Of a DNA stretch of 64,000 nucleotides, positions 43,301 through 60,246 are shown one piece after another. A program made the translations under genes and the position numbers. Every line of letters starts with the position of its first letter. Position 1 is the stretch's first letter. Below the pieces are notes generated by a model that worked only from the letters and a program-made list of their open reading frames with translations, searched no databases and was not told the DNA's origin. The DNA is from the human T2T-CHM13v2.0 reference genome, Homo sapiens, in the NCBI RefSeq assembly GCF_009914755.1, contig NC_060926.1. The stretch is one strand, 5' to 3'.

Positions 43301-43636
43301 CTTACTGTCTCCCTACCAATGTGTGTTAATGAGGTTTTACTGGAACCCATCATGAGCCACAGGTAGAGACTTAAACCGCTCCACCCTCCCTGTAGAGCTG
43401 AAGCCAGGGATGACATCACTTCTAGAAGGCTCTGAGCCTGAGCGGAGGCAGCTAGTGCCTCCCCCCATACCCTCTCTGCCAGGCTGTGGGAAAATGTCTC
43501 TACTAGCCCCCATAATTAGGGCAAAAGGGATTTTATGCCTTTCAAGAAAGAGAAGAGAGAAAGAATGAAAAATAGCAAATAACTATTCCAGAACAAGCCA
43601 TTTTTCTTACATGGCAGAAACAAAAGACCACAGTAA

Positions 43637-43673
43637 ACACACACACACACAGAGAGAGAGAAAGAGAGAGAGA
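43637..43673 (+). repeat. Compound (CA)n(GA)n microsatellite
   Basis: Seen directly in the sequence. Confidence 0.9.
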
Positions 43674-46345
43674 AACCTTTTTAGACAAACCTGTTTTAGT
43701 CTCTTGGGAGTGGTTTTGAGCAACCTCCTCTCCTAGCAGCCTCCCCTCACCCATTCAGTCACTCCTTGCTTCCCTGGTCCCCAGGGGGTTTCTGACCTGC
43801 TTCCCACTGGGGCCAGAGTGAACTTTCAGAGAGGGTCAGATCTCTGCCACTTGCAAATACCTTCTCCCATCTTAAAGCAAATCCCAGCTGCCTGATTTCT
43901 TTTAGGAAAGGGGTATCAGAGCTTTGGGAAGGCAGTGCATGCCCCCACCTTTAACCTAACATGGACATTCACTGTAAGAGGAAGAGGGCAGAACTGGGAA
44001 AGAGAAAACAAACTAATCTTTGTAAGATCAGAAAAAGCAAAAAGAACACCTAAGCTTCAAGCCAGAGTCTGACCCCAAAGCTCAGGTGGGGCTTTCAGGC
44101 TCAGCTCAAGCACCTCCTCCAGGAAGCCTTCCCTCCCTGCAGCTCCAGGGAGTCTCCCTCCTTTCCCCTTTTGAGACTCTCCTGCCTCCTGGGCCCTATG
44201 TCCAAGTTTCTGGGCAAGAAATAATGCCTCACACTGCAGCATCTGCCCCAGCCCACAGAAAACTCCAGGAAAGGCAGTTCACGGGGAAGCCCAAACTCCA
44301 CCTGCCTCCCCAGCATTAACGGGTGCGGTGGGATCCCAGGGCTCTGGAATGTCTGCTTTACCCCAGGCAGGCAAGGGAACCAGCAGCCCTCCTAAATCCA
44401 GCCGGAAATAGGTGGAGGACCCAACTTCAGCCGCCCCTGCTGAGGCCCCATCATGTGCGAGAATGGGGCAGTGAGGTGATGCCCAGCGGTCCAGGGAGGT
44501 AAGGCACCCAGCTCCATTCTCTTCTCCAAACTCGGAGCGAAGACTCCAAGCACAGTCTCAGTTCCACAGAAACCACCACCCTAGAGAGCAGCTTCTTGGA
44601 CCTGAAAGCCAGGAGTGCATGAGACCCAGCTCGGAAATCATGGCCCTCCCCGTGCTCCCAGATACCCCTCACAGTCCAGCCCATTCACAGTTCAATAGGC
44701 ACAGGGACCTCTCCTGGACCGGAAAATGTCTGGAAGCACGAGTCACCTGGGAAGCAGGGAGGGCGCTTTACACATCGGTCTCAGAAACGACTGTCCCTAC
44801 CTCATCTCCCATGAGACAGACTCTGTAAAGAAAAAAAAAACCAAAGCGCTCAATAACTGGCAGCTACTACACGAGGCAACGCTTACGGAGGGTCAGCGCT
44901 GCTGAGACTTGTCCAGATGCCACATTAGCAGTGGAGGACCCGAGTGCCCACCCCGCCCCCGCCCCTTCCCTGCCCACGTGCCTCCCTTTGCCAGAGCTGG
45001 GGAAGTCGAACTGTCCAGATGTAGTGGCGAGACACCGCCACTTCCGGAAGGGGAAGCGCCCCTGGCTCCGCACCTCCCCTCTGCATCCCTGGGGATGGCC
45101 GAGCCGGCCCGCAGGAGGGACCCCGGGACGCCAGCACCGGGCGCGGGGGCTGGGGAGGCGAACTCGGGCGGCAGACTCGGGCACCGGGCGGCCCGCGCTG
45201 ACACCTGGCTGCGGCCCAGGTCCCAGCCCCCGTCAAGGCCGGCGTTACGGGGCTGTTCCCAGGAAAGGGTTACAGGGGCCGAGAACAAAGCGCCCCCATT
45301 GGGGAAGGCGGGCTAGCGGCCGGTGGCCGGGGCGGGAGAGCCACTTTCTGGGGACCCTCAGGCTGCTCTTTGTCGGCCACGTCCCTCTTTAGTGGAGCGT
45401 CAGCCCCGCTGAAGGTGGATGCTGCATCCCACCCAAAGGCCTCTTACAGCCCCGAGCTCCACATCTGCCCCTCTTTTCTCCCAGCTGCACTGGGCGGGCC
45501 AAGGGACCCGCCTTCCCTCCGCGCGGCTTCAGCACAAAGCCGAGCCGGGGAGCGGGAGGCCATTCCCGGGTCCCCTCGCGTGGAAGGCGCCTGCGCCTCG
45601 GCCGTGCCCGGCACGGGAACGCGCCCTCCGGGGCCAGCTCAACTTCAGCAGCCCAGAAGTTGGGCTCCTCCGGGTCTCCAGCGTTCCGAGGCCAACTTCC
45701 CGGAACCTCCCGCTGCCGGGCCGGCTCAGCTCACCTCGAGCCGCCCACGGCAAGCCCGAGGGCCCTGCAGACGCTCGCCCGCGCCCCCCACGCAGCCCTG
45801 GCCCGGCTCCCCGGGCCAACGCGGCCGCCTCCCGCTCCCGCGCCAGCCGCGCTGCGCCCAAACTTGCCCTGGCGCAAGGGGCGGGGCGCCCGGGCTCGGC
45901 GGCGCTGGGGCGCAAGCCCGCGGGTCTGGTTTGAATTAGGGTCTGCAGGGGGGGCGTTGTGGCCGCGGTCACTGCATCCCCCCGGGTCACCGACGGGGGC
46001 CCGGCCGCCGCGGTGGCCGGGGCGAGGAGGGTGGGAACGGGCGACCCCGGGCGCCGCTGTGGGCTGGCGGGCTCCGACAGATGTGGAGACGTTTTACATA
46101 ATTGAGCGCGGGGCCCCGGCCCCCCACCCTCCCCAGCGCGGGACCGGTGCGGCACCCACCGACAGCGGAGGAAATTGGGGCTGGAGCCCTGGTCTCGGGG
46201 CTCACCGTCCCGGGACCCGCTGGGCTAGCGCGGGAAGAAGGGAAGTCTTCGCTCCCCCTCCCCCTCCACGTGCACCCGCCGGCATCCGCGGGTGACCAGT
46301 CCCGGCTTCCCGCCGCCTCCCCGCCTGGCCGCCGGCCGCACTCAC

Positions 46346-46411
46346 CGGCAGGGCCGGCTGCAGGCTCAGCGCCAGCGCGCACAGCCAGAGCCAGAGCGCC
46401 GCGCGCCTCAT
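46346..46411 (-). CDS. SDC1: Syndecan-1 coding exon 1 (signal peptide, aa 1-22)
   Basis: Translates MRRAALWLWLCALALSLQPALP; 66 nt; followed by donor CCG|GTGAG (46345-46344); phase 0. Confidence 0.99.
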
Positions 46412-46631
46412 GCTGCCCGGACCGGCGGCGGGAGAGCGGCAGGCTGCGCGGGTCGCGGCTGCGGGCCGGCTTCGCGGGTTCCGCTGCTCGATGCTCTCTT
46501 GGGCGCCTGCCCAGCGCGCCGCTGTCCCAGGCGAGGGCTGCAGGGTCCGCCGGCTGGAGTCCGCTCTCTACTGCCGGATTCCTCTCCGCTCGGCTCGGAT
46601 TCGGCCCGCACCTCTCCCGCCGAGCTCCGCC

Positions 46632-46641
46632 TTATAATAAA
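46632..46641 (-). promoter_or_regulatory. SDC1: TATA box of the SDC1 proximal promoter
   Basis: TTTATTATAA island in otherwise very GC-rich DNA, ~220 nt upstream of the ATG; GC/GT-box (Sp/KLF) cluster upstream at 46675-46790. Confidence 0.8.
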
Positions 46642-46805
46642 CCCACAGGCCCTTCCTTAGCCGTTGCAAAAACTGGCCCCCCACCCCCAGCTCCGCCAGG
46701 TCTCCCGGCCAGCCCCAGTCCACACCCCCCAGGACCCCGCCCCCCAGCCACCCCTCCCGGCCCCTTCGGAACGCCCCACCCCCGGCCCGCTCCTAAGGTT
46801 CTTGC

Positions 46806-46977
46806 CTGCTTGGCTCCCGCTCCTCCGGTGGCCGAACGTCGCTTTCGGGAGCTGTGGTCCCCGCAAGCCGCGGTTCCCGGCCTTTCAGCTCGGCTGCTCC
46901 CTGGGTGGTGGGGCCGAGGCGCACCCCCTTCTGCCCGGGCCCGGAGTGCGGAGGCGCAGCCCGGGAGAGGGGCTGAA
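46806..46977 (-). other. SDC1: Probable upstream non-coding 5' exon of an alternative SDC1 transcript
   Basis: CAG|GCAAG GC-type donor at 46805; matches my recollection of a longer 5'UTR SDC1 variant; not verifiable here. Confidence 0.5.
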
Positions 46978-48269
46978 GGGGGGCAGGCAGTCCTCGGGCG
47001 CGAGTGTGCAGCGCCCTCTGGGCGTGGACGCGGAGCGCGCTCCAGGTGCGCAGGACTCCTAGCTCTCTTGGGGAACGCTTTCTGGGGCAGGGCGGGGACC
47101 CGGGGGCGATGGGGCCTTCAACCGACGGGCAAACACACACAGACACACCCCGGCTGTCCTCCAGCTGCGATGCGGCTCGCTGCGCCCCGCCGGCCCAGAT
47201 TCTCCCGTACGCTCGCGTTCTTCCTGCACTCCACAAAGTGCTGGAGACTTGGGGCCTTAGTTTAAACAGCTGCACCCGCACGGAAGGGCTGCAAGAAAAA
47301 GGGGGACGGGGGCGGAGTTCGCAGCGTCTTTCTGTGGAAGACAACGCCCTCTCTCTTCATCTGAGCTAAAAGGAAAAATAAGTAACTTCTTTGTTCCCCG
47401 GTGACCTCGGGCACGCGGATCTGAGGAGCACCGTGCAGTTGCTGCTCCTTCGAGATCCCCTGCGAGGCCCTGGGCCTCAGTTCAAAAAGCTGTGGAAGGC
47501 CTGCGGGTGTAGGGGAAACGGCCGAGAGAGCAAAGGGGAAGAACCGGACGGGCCCTGCCCACATCTGGCAGGCAGGAGAGATGGTGCCAAACGACCTTCG
47601 CACCTGGGCCCTGAGACCAAAGATGGCGTCGTCCTCCCCTGTCTTCCCTAGGCGGAAGGCAAGAACTTGGGTCGGCCTGAGCTGGGGACCAAGAAAATAT
47701 CGGGAAGTGTCCAGTGTTCCTCTTTAAAAGAATTAAACCTTCCTGGGCCACGCAGGGACTGACCGTGGGACCCTGGACTCTCCTCCACCTTCCACCGTGG
47801 AGCAGGCTCTGGAGCCGAGCAGCCTCCTGCGTCCCCATCTCATCCCCCCACTCCTCCTCACAGCACTAAAAGATGATGGCCTGCTTGTACCCCTGCTCCT
47901 GAGCACCTGTTTGACCTCAAAGAGCTCTCGCTTTTGGGGTGTCCGTCTCCCCAAGTCTGTCTAGGGGGCAGGAAGACCTTCATCAGGGTTCTTGGGGGCC
48001 GATGTGGGCTCGCTGAGTGCCTGAGTGATGGATGGTCTCACAGCACGGCACCACGGAGGTCCAGCCGAGCTCGAGGAGTCCCTGTGGATTAAAAATGCCC
48101 TTTTCGAAGGTTCTACCTCTACCAGAGGGTGGCTCCACAGATCCCTTCAACCCAGTATGGTGGAAAAATAGGAATTTTGGAATCTTACCTTTCTCTACTG
48201 CTCACAACAGAGGAAACTGGGGTCAGGGAGGATTTGATGGAGTCTTTTCATTTTTTAAAAGTCACTCAC

Positions 48270-48706
48270 GGCCAAGCGCGATGGCTCACGCCTGTAACCC
48301 CAGCACTTTGGGAGGCCGAGGCGGGCAGATCACCTGAGGTCAGGAGTTCTCGACCAGCCTGGCTAACACGGTGAATCCCCATCTCTACTAAAAATACAAA
48401 AATTAGCCGGATATGGTGGCAGGTGCCTATAATCCCAGCTACTCGGGAGGCTGAGGCAGGGAGAATCGCCTCGACCTCTCGGGTTCAAACAATTCTCCCG
48501 CCTCAGCCTCCTAAATAGCTGGGATTACAGTCGCACGCCACCACAGGCCGGCTAATTTTTTATTTATTTATTTATTTTGTATTTTTAGTAGAGACAAGGT
48601 TTCACCATATTGGTCAGGCTGGTCTTGAACTCCCAACCTCAGGTGATACACCCGTCTCGGCCTCCCAAAGCGCTGGGATTACAGGCGTGAGCCACCGTGC
48701 CTGGCC
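48270..48706. mobile_element. Two fused, inverted, 3'-truncated Alus (+ 48270-48469; - 48468-48706)
   Basis: Plus Alu stops at gagaatcgc and runs directly into minus Alu gcctcgacctctcgggttcaa... Confidence 0.92.
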
Positions 48707-49009
48707 CTTATACTTGTCTTCTTGAGTGCATGTGTGAGGCTTTCTCTAGAAGTAGAGCTCTGGATTATAGGTATAAACATCTTCAACTTTCTCAGGAATT
48801 GTTGTAAGCAATTGCTCTAAGCAAATTGCTCTCCAAAGGGCTTATAGTAATTTACACTCCCAACAGCAGTTATGAGCATTTCCATTTTTCTACATCCTCC
48901 TATGACTTGGTGTTGGGCCTTTTATATTTTGCCAGCTGATGCAAGTAAAATTATATCTTATTGCTGTTTGATTTTGACCATCCTTCCCATTAGGAAATGT
49001 TTTGCTGAA

Positions 49010-49515
49010 GCCTTTAGTTGCCGACTGGTTGGGCAGACACTTCTGTTTACTTATCACATCTGTTTTCCTCTTTCTCAGTAAGAGATTCCTTAAATTTCAA
49101 TTGGGCTTATGGCTATTTAAAATAAAGATTACCTTTCCCTGCCTCTCTTACAGCCACGCGTAGCCACATGATTAGGGTCTTGCCAGTGGCACATGAGCAG
49201 AAGTGGTACATGCACTTTCAGAAAGGTGTCAAGCATGCTCTCCTTCCCTTTTCTGTTTTCTCCTGGGCGGAATACAGATCTGATGGCTGCCTCTGAAGCA
49301 GCCTTCTTGGACCATGAAGTGAACATGGGAACAGAGGCCATCCACAGCAGAGGAACAAGTTAAAGGAAGCATGGGTCCCTGCCCCATGGAGTATAGCGTC
49401 ATCCCTGGACTGCCCACGCAGACTTATACATGATGGGAAAATGTCTCTTTTTGTTTGTTTAGGACACTGTTTCTCTGAATTTTCTCTCACTTGCCAGCAA
49501 TTCTAATCCTAAAAA
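49010..49515. mobile_element. Probable old MaLR LTR (MLT1J/K-like)
   Basis: tagccacatgattagggtcttgccagtggcacatgagcagaagtg...gcagccttcttggaccatga. Confidence 0.55.
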
Positions 49516-49981
49516 TACACTGATGAATTCATTCTTCTGTATAAGACTAAGTGAATCATCTCAGAAGAGTATGGGGAGGACAACTGGAAAAAGGAAGAAG
49601 AGGTGCCTCAGGAGGACGGTGAGAGGAATGGCTTTGAAGATGCTGCTACAAAGAGCCTCTAGGAGGCAGCCCAGCCAGTTTCCCAGCCCCAGACTGTATG
49701 TTAAGTTTGGGGACAATTCCTGCCCAAAAAAGAGGTGTAGGCTAGAAGGAGCCATGTTGGAGAGGTTTTTCAGAGAACTGTCTGAAGGCCACACTGGCGT
49801 ATGTCTCCTCTAATGCACCGTAGGATTGGCTCTCACTGGGTCCCAGTGCAGGGGCATGGCCCTGAGTGCCATCGGGGGACTCCAGAGGAAGCCCCTCACC
49901 CACCACGGCTGCGGAGCTGTCCTTGGGTCTGTTGTGAGACATGAAGACCTAGAAGCAGTGGAAAGTTTTGGTTTCGTCTAA

Positions 49982-50297
<316 letters not shown>

Positions 50298-50808
50298 ATA
50301 TGTTCATTCTTAGATATTGAGAAATATGTAACCAAGTGTGTCTGCACTTTCGTGCTTTGGCAGCTCCAAATCATCTGGGGATTCAGTGTGCAGCAAGTGG
50401 ATTGGACTTTATGTCCTGCTTCTCTGCTCTCAACCTCAAACCTGCCTTGCCCCTGTGCTGACTGTCCCTTTCTAACTTATAATTTCCCTTGCCTTCTAAG
50501 TTGCCTCTAATATTTGATAACAGGAAAGAGAGAGAATAATACACCTTTTGTAGATATCATTGGAATTTACACATCCAAATCAGAGTATCTACTTCCCCAA
50601 AGCGATCCCCGTAAGGGACCACCTTTATCACCTCATGGTGCCCATCATCCTAGGGAGGCCTAGGAACCCTTTGTCTATGGGAATAACTTTTTTGTTTTGG
50701 AGGAGGAGAGTGGAGTATAGTTCATTTATTTGATAAATATGTCTAGAGATGGAGCATTACCCAGTTCCAGGAAGCATGATTCAGTGTCTTCCATGAAAAT
50801 GGTATCCT

Positions 50809-51059
50809 GGCTGGGTGCGGTGGCTCATGCATATAATCCCAGCACTTTGGGAAGCCAAAGTGGATGGATCACTTGAAGCCAGGAGTTCGAGACCAGCCTG
50901 GCTAACATGGTGAAACCCCATCTCTACTAAAAGTACAGTAATTAGCCTGGTGTGGTGGCACATGTCCATAATCCCAGCTACTCGGGAGGCTGAGGCACAA
51001 GAATCCCTTGAACCTGGGAGACAGAGGTTGCAGTTAGCCAAGATTGTGCTACTGCACTC
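50809..51059 (+). mobile_element. Alu running into a GA-rich tract
   Basis: Alu dimer ending at ctgcactc. Confidence 0.93.
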
Positions 51060-51432
51060 GAGAGAAAGAGAGAAAGAGACAGAGAGAGAAAGAAAGAAGA
51101 AAGGAAGGAAGGAAGGAAGGGAAGGAAAGAGAGAACGAGGGAAGGAAGGAAGGAAGAAAGGAAGGAAAAGAGAGAAAGGAAAAAGGAAGAGAAAGAAAAA
51201 AGGAAGGAAAGGAAGGAAAGAAAGAAAAAAGAAGGAAGGGAGGGAGACAGAGAAAGAAAGAAAGAAAAAGAAAGAAGGGAGGGAGAGAGAGAGAGAAAAA
51301 GAAGGAAAAGAAAGAAAAAAGGGAGGGAGGGATAGAGAGAGAAAGAAAGAGAAAGAAAGAAAGAAAGAAAAAAGGAAGAAGGAGGGAAGGAAGAAAGACA
51401 AAGAGAAAAAGAGAGGGAAGGAAGGGAGGGAG
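51060..51432 (+). repeat. Near-pure polypurine (GAAA/GGAA/GA) tract, ~370 bp
   Basis: Seen directly in the sequence. Confidence 0.97.
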
Positions 51433-51819
51433 GGTGGGTCCTGTGGAATCGTGCTCTAGAGATTCACAGTCCATAGCATCGGGTGTGAATGGTGCCTGTG
51501 GAGTTGTGCAATGCGGCAGTGCTATGCTGCAGAGACCCTACTGGGAGCCAGGCCCAGGGCTGAGTGCCGGAGATACCAAAGTGAAAACATAAGGTTTTCA
51601 TTTTCTGTGAGTTCAGTCTTTGGGGAAAAACTGAACTAAACAATCATTATAAAACAAAGAAGTGCGTGCAATACTAACCTGTTCATCAGCAGCAGTAAGG
51701 AAATGATGGATTCCGGACGCAGGGATAAAGTTCCCAAAGGTTTCAATGATGAGGAAGGCTGAGGGTGGGTGGGAAGCCATTAGAACCTGTCCTTGGATCA
51801 AGAAACAGGATTTGGGCAG

Positions 51820-52672
<853 letters not shown>

Positions 52673-53459
52673 AGGCAGATAGAGCAGGGAAAGGACATTC
52701 CAAACAGGAAACCCAGCAAAGAGCAGGCAAAGAAGCAAGACAGAGCTTCAGGATGTTCAGGAACTGGAAGGAGTCTGAGGTGGGCTGGACTGGCCGGGGC
52801 ACAGGACCTCTGGCAAGGGCTGGATCAGAGGGAGAGAGCCTGAGCAGTGTGTGCCAGTAACGGGCCGTGCCTAGGCTGGAGGAGCCAGTGGTTTGCATTT
52901 TGAAAAGATCCTCTGGCCACTGTGCGAAGGGCAGGCTGCAGGGAGGGAGACTGTGGGCTGGGACACCCTATGCAGGGGCCGTGAAGGTACAATGTGGGGA
53001 GCCAGGATTGAATAATATGGAGGAGGTGGGATGCGATGAGGCTTGGAGAAGGATGAAGGAGAGGAACAGTGCAATGTGGAAAATCCTTGGTGAGGGTCCA
53101 TTTCCACCTGGTTTACGTAAACAGCTAGCGTCAGAGGGGCCGAATCAGTGTGTAAAGTGGCTGCCTAGGCTGGGGCAGCACTGGGTGCTGAAGTCCTTTG
53201 GTAGATCACCCCGGGGCTCGTGACTCAGTTCTAGGCTGCCTCAAGGATGAGCCTTTGTTGCCTTTGTTGGAAGCTTGGACAGGAAGCTCTCCAGCAGGGA
53301 GGAGTGCCAACACCAGCCACACCCTCCCAGGTGCAGCTAGGCCCAGTCACCCTGAGCCATTTCCTGGAGTGAGGCCACTCGCCACTGGCTCACACTAGCC
53401 CCTGCCCTGCAGGGCATCATCAAGGATCTGGAGTCTGAGCAGCACCAGGCTCTCTGTGA

Positions 53460-54120
<661 letters not shown>

Positions 54121-54777
54121 GGTTCTTCTACACATTCTTTGAGCTACTTTAGCTGTGTGACTTCAGGCAAGCAGTAACCTCTTTGCTCTTTAATTTGTTC
54201 CTCTGTGAATTGGAGAAATACTAGTACCTACCTCAAAGAGTCAAAAGCATTGAATGAGCTAAGCCCTCCATAGGGCCTGGCACACACGTGTAAGTGCCCC
54301 CTGCATGCTAGTGATGCCGTGGATACCCACAGTGGGATTCACTGGGAGAGGCAGATAGACTCATTTTAGGCAAGTTCCTAAGCATTCTGACATAATACAT
54401 ATAAAACACTTAGCACTTTACCTGGCACAAGGTAGGACCCTAGAAATCATAGAGAAGTTGGAGATTCTAAAGCCCGCAGGGGAGAATCTGGGCTGGGCTC
54501 TGAAGAGATTCCTGAGCTCACCGCAGCCAGGATGTATAAGTCATAGTGTTATGTCAGCGCTCATACCTGTGTGTAGCACATGTGCACGCACCTTCACGCA
54601 CACAGGTGTGCCTCATCTCCAGCCCCAGGATGCATATGCAAATTCATGTAACAGATGAGTAACTGAGTTCACTCAACAGGTGAGAAAGTGACTTTGCATT
54701 CCCTAGGAATGGGACAGAGGTTGCAAAGGGACAGCCCCTAGGGCTGCATTTGGCCTGTAGAAGTGTTTTGCCTTTAA

Positions 54778-55105
<328 letters not shown>

Positions 55106-55172
55106 TACACCATTTTAAAAAGGAGATTTCCATCGGAGAATTGCATGTAAGAATCAAGATTTCTGACTTTTC

Positions 55173-55478
<306 letters not shown>

Positions 55479-55722
55479 TTCCGACTTTTCTAGCTGAATT
55501 GGAAGAGCTAATATGCTGGACCCACATCCAGTCAAAGCAAAGACCAGCGGAAGCCACAGTCACAGAGTGTGTCTTTCTAGCTGGTCCACTACCTGCTGGG
55601 CCCTGCAGGGATCTGAGTTCCAGAGCCCTAGCACGGCGGTTGAATGTGTTCACTCTAACATCAAACCGTCTGGATTTGAACTCTGGCCCTGCCACCCTGG
55701 ACAAGTCATACAACCTCTCTAA

Positions 55723-57081
<1,359 letters not shown>

Positions 57082-57949
57082 ATGTCAGTATCTACAGATA
57101 AGACTCAATCTTGTTAGTGGCTGCTTGGGATTCTCTGGTTTGGCTATATCTTGATTTATTTAACCATTCCCCTTCTGATGGGTGCCATTTTTAAAGGCTT
57201 TGCTGTCACAAACAATACTGTTGAATATCCTCACGTGGACATCGTCCCACAGCTGACAAACCTTTCTTAGGACAGAAGTGGCCTGGCTGCCTTGGAGGAG
57301 ATTCTGAGACCACTGCTACATTGCTCTCCCCAAACGCTGTGTCTCCATGGTCCTTTGGATGCTCTTAAATTGCAGCGAGCGCCCACTCCCAGCCAGGGCC
57401 TGGGGGTGCATGCTGTCCAAGGCAGGGCCCTGCCCTGGGGCAACTGCAATCTTTGAGTCCTATGATGAGATGGTTCAAGAGCCAGGGGCCCCAGTCCTGG
57501 GTTGCAGGGAGGAGTTCAGGGAAGGCTTCCTGGAGGAGTTGACGTCCAGGCAGAAACCTGCCTGCTGAGTAGCAGTTTGTCAGGCAGGGGAGCAAGTGGG
57601 CAGGGCTGCTCAAGCTAGGGGAGGACTTGGCCAGCTGAGGCCCTGAAAGGGCCAGGGCCATCTACGCACCGCTGAGTAATGGTGTTCCCTAAATGCTCAG
57701 GGCAGTGGCTGAAGGGAGTGGCAGTGGGTGGGGATGACAGGAAGCTGGGGCAACCGGTGAAGGCCTTCACTGCCAAGCTAAGGAGTGGGAATGTTGCCCA
57801 GGGCAAGCGAGAGCCTGATTACACACCTGAGGAAGTGAGCCATAGGCTGGAGGGGAGAAAGGACCAGTGCCCTGGGATGGAGGCTGGGTGGGAATTCACA
57901 CCTGGCAAGAGCCCACCAGGAGCCAGGCCCTGTGTAAGGAGAAGCCCCC

Positions 57950-58117
57950 TCTTCCTTTCTTCCTTTCTTCTTTCCTTCTTTCCTTCTTTCCTCTCTCCCT
58001 CCCTTCCTTCCCACCCTCCTTCCTTCCTTCCCTTCCTTCCTTCCCACCCTTCTTCCCTCCCTCCCTCCCTTCCTCCCTTCCTTCCTTACTTCTTCCTTCC
58101 TTCCCTCCTTCCTTCCT
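57950..58117 (+). repeat. Polypyrimidine (CCTT/CTTC) low-complexity tract
   Basis: Seen directly in the sequence. Confidence 0.95.
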
Positions 58118-58119
58118 AA

Positions 58120-59860
58120 ATTAATAGACCTTTTTTTAAAGAGCAATTTTGGGTTTACAGAAAAATTGAGTCATAAGTACAGGGAGTTCTCATTGACCTC
58201 TCCGCACCCTGCCACACACGGTTTCTCCTATGGTTAACCTGTTGCATTGGTGTGATACATCTGTTACAACTGACAAACCAGTACTGACATGCTCTCATTC
58301 GCTAAGGTCCCTCGTTCACATCAGACTACACTCTTGATGGTGTACACTCTGTGGGTTTTGACGAATGCATAATGACATGTCTCCACCATTACAGTAGCCT
58401 ACAGAGCCTTTCACAGCCCAAAACATTCCTTGTGTCCTCCTACTCATTCCTCCCTCCTCCCAACCCCTTGCGACCACTGATCTTTTTACTGTCTTTGTAG
58501 TTTTGCCTTTTCCAGAGTGTCGAATAGCTGCAAGCAAACACACAGTATGCAGCCTTTTCAGATCGGCTACTTTCATCTAGCAATGTGGAGTTAGGGTTCC
58601 TCCAGGTCTTTTCACGGCTTGATAGCACATTCCTTTTTCTTGCTGAACAATATTGTGTTGTATGGATGTACCAGTTCATCTATTTCTGAAGGATATCTTG
58701 GTTTGTTCTGAATGTTTAGCAATGATGAATAAAGCTGACATAAACATTCATACGCAGTTTTTTTTATGGACAAAGTTTTCAACTCATTTGGGGAAATACA
58801 GTATTTGTCTTTTTGTGGCTGGCTTATTTCATTTAGTGCAGTGTCCTCAACTTTCCTCCATGCTGTGGCATGTACCCTTTCTTTTCAAGGCTGATAAAAA
58901 TTTCATTGTATATAAACACACACCACTAGCTATTGACTGTTTTAATATGAGCCTGCTTTCAATTCCTTTGGAGGTATTTCAAGAAGTGGGATTGCTGAAT
59001 CACAAGGTAATTCTATTTTTAATTTTTCAAAGACGCACCATACTGTTTTTTCCACAGAGGCTTCACCAACACTTGTTATTTCCTTGTTCTTTTTTTTTTC
59101 TTTTAGTAGCTGTCTCAATGGGTGTGAAATGATATCTCATTGCAGTTTTGACTTGCATTTCTGTGATGATGACTGATGACATTGAGCATCTTTTCACATT
59201 CTTCTTGGCCATTTATATATCATCTTTGGAGAAATGTCTATTTAAGTCCTTTGTCCATTTTAAAATCACGTTGTTTTTTGTTGTTGTTGAGTTGTAGGTG
59301 TCTATGTATTCTGAATATTAACCCTTTATTATTTACATATTTGCAAATATTTTCTCCCAGTCTGTAGATTGCCTTTCCACTTTGTTGATTGTTTCCTTTG
59401 GTGCACAGACATTTTAAAGTTTGATGTAGTCTCATTTATTTAGTTTTGCTTTTGCATGTGTTTTTGCTGTCATAGCCAAATCACTGCCAAATCCAACATC
59501 ACGAAGCTTTCCCCCTACATTTTCTTATAGGGTTTCACAGTTTTCGGTCTTACATTTAGATCTTCATCCATTTTTAGTTAGTTTTGTATATGATGTAAGG
59601 TAAGGGACCAACTTTTGCATCACTTGTTGCAATGACTGTTGTTTCCTCATTGGACGGTCTTGGCACCCTTGTGGAAGATCACTTGACCATATATGCGAGG
59701 GTTTCTCCCTGGTCTGTCTATTCTCTTCCTTCGGTCTGTATGTCTGTCTTTATGCCAGTGCCACACTGTTTGGATTACTGTAGCTTTCTAATAAGTTTTG
59801 AAATCAGGAAACGTGATACCTCTGGTTTTGTTTGTTTGTTTCCTACTTCCTTAATTTCTT
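58120..59860 (-). mobile_element. Old L1 fragments (L1MB/MC-like)
   Basis: agagcaattttgggtttacagaaaaattga...; gatatctcattgcagttttgacttgcatttc...; ttggattactgtagctttctaataagttttgaaatcagg. Confidence 0.85.
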
Positions 59861-59935
59861 TAATGGTATTGATATAGTCAAGTTTCCCACTCCTCTTGAA
59901 TCAATTTTGGAACTATATATTTCCCTAGAAAATTA

Positions 59936-60246
<311 letters not shown>

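Larger units (their letters stand above)
44900..47700. promoter_or_regulatory. CpG island spanning the SDC1 promoter, first coding exon and start of intron 1
   Basis: Very high GC content and dense CpG; E-boxes CACGTG at ~44975 and 46267; boundaries approximate. Confidence 0.9.

Noticed and set aside
46102-47265. 387-aa antisense ORF and the other long ORFs across 44900-47600
   Set aside because: These lie in the CpG island, where stop codons are scarce. They have Ala/Pro/Arg/Gly low-complexity composition, a non-ATG start in the longest case, and no recognisable domain.
50781-51592. Lys/Arg/Glu-rich and Phe/Leu/Ser-rich ORFs
   Set aside because: Translations of an Alu plus the GA-rich tract; the same applies to 57679-58146.
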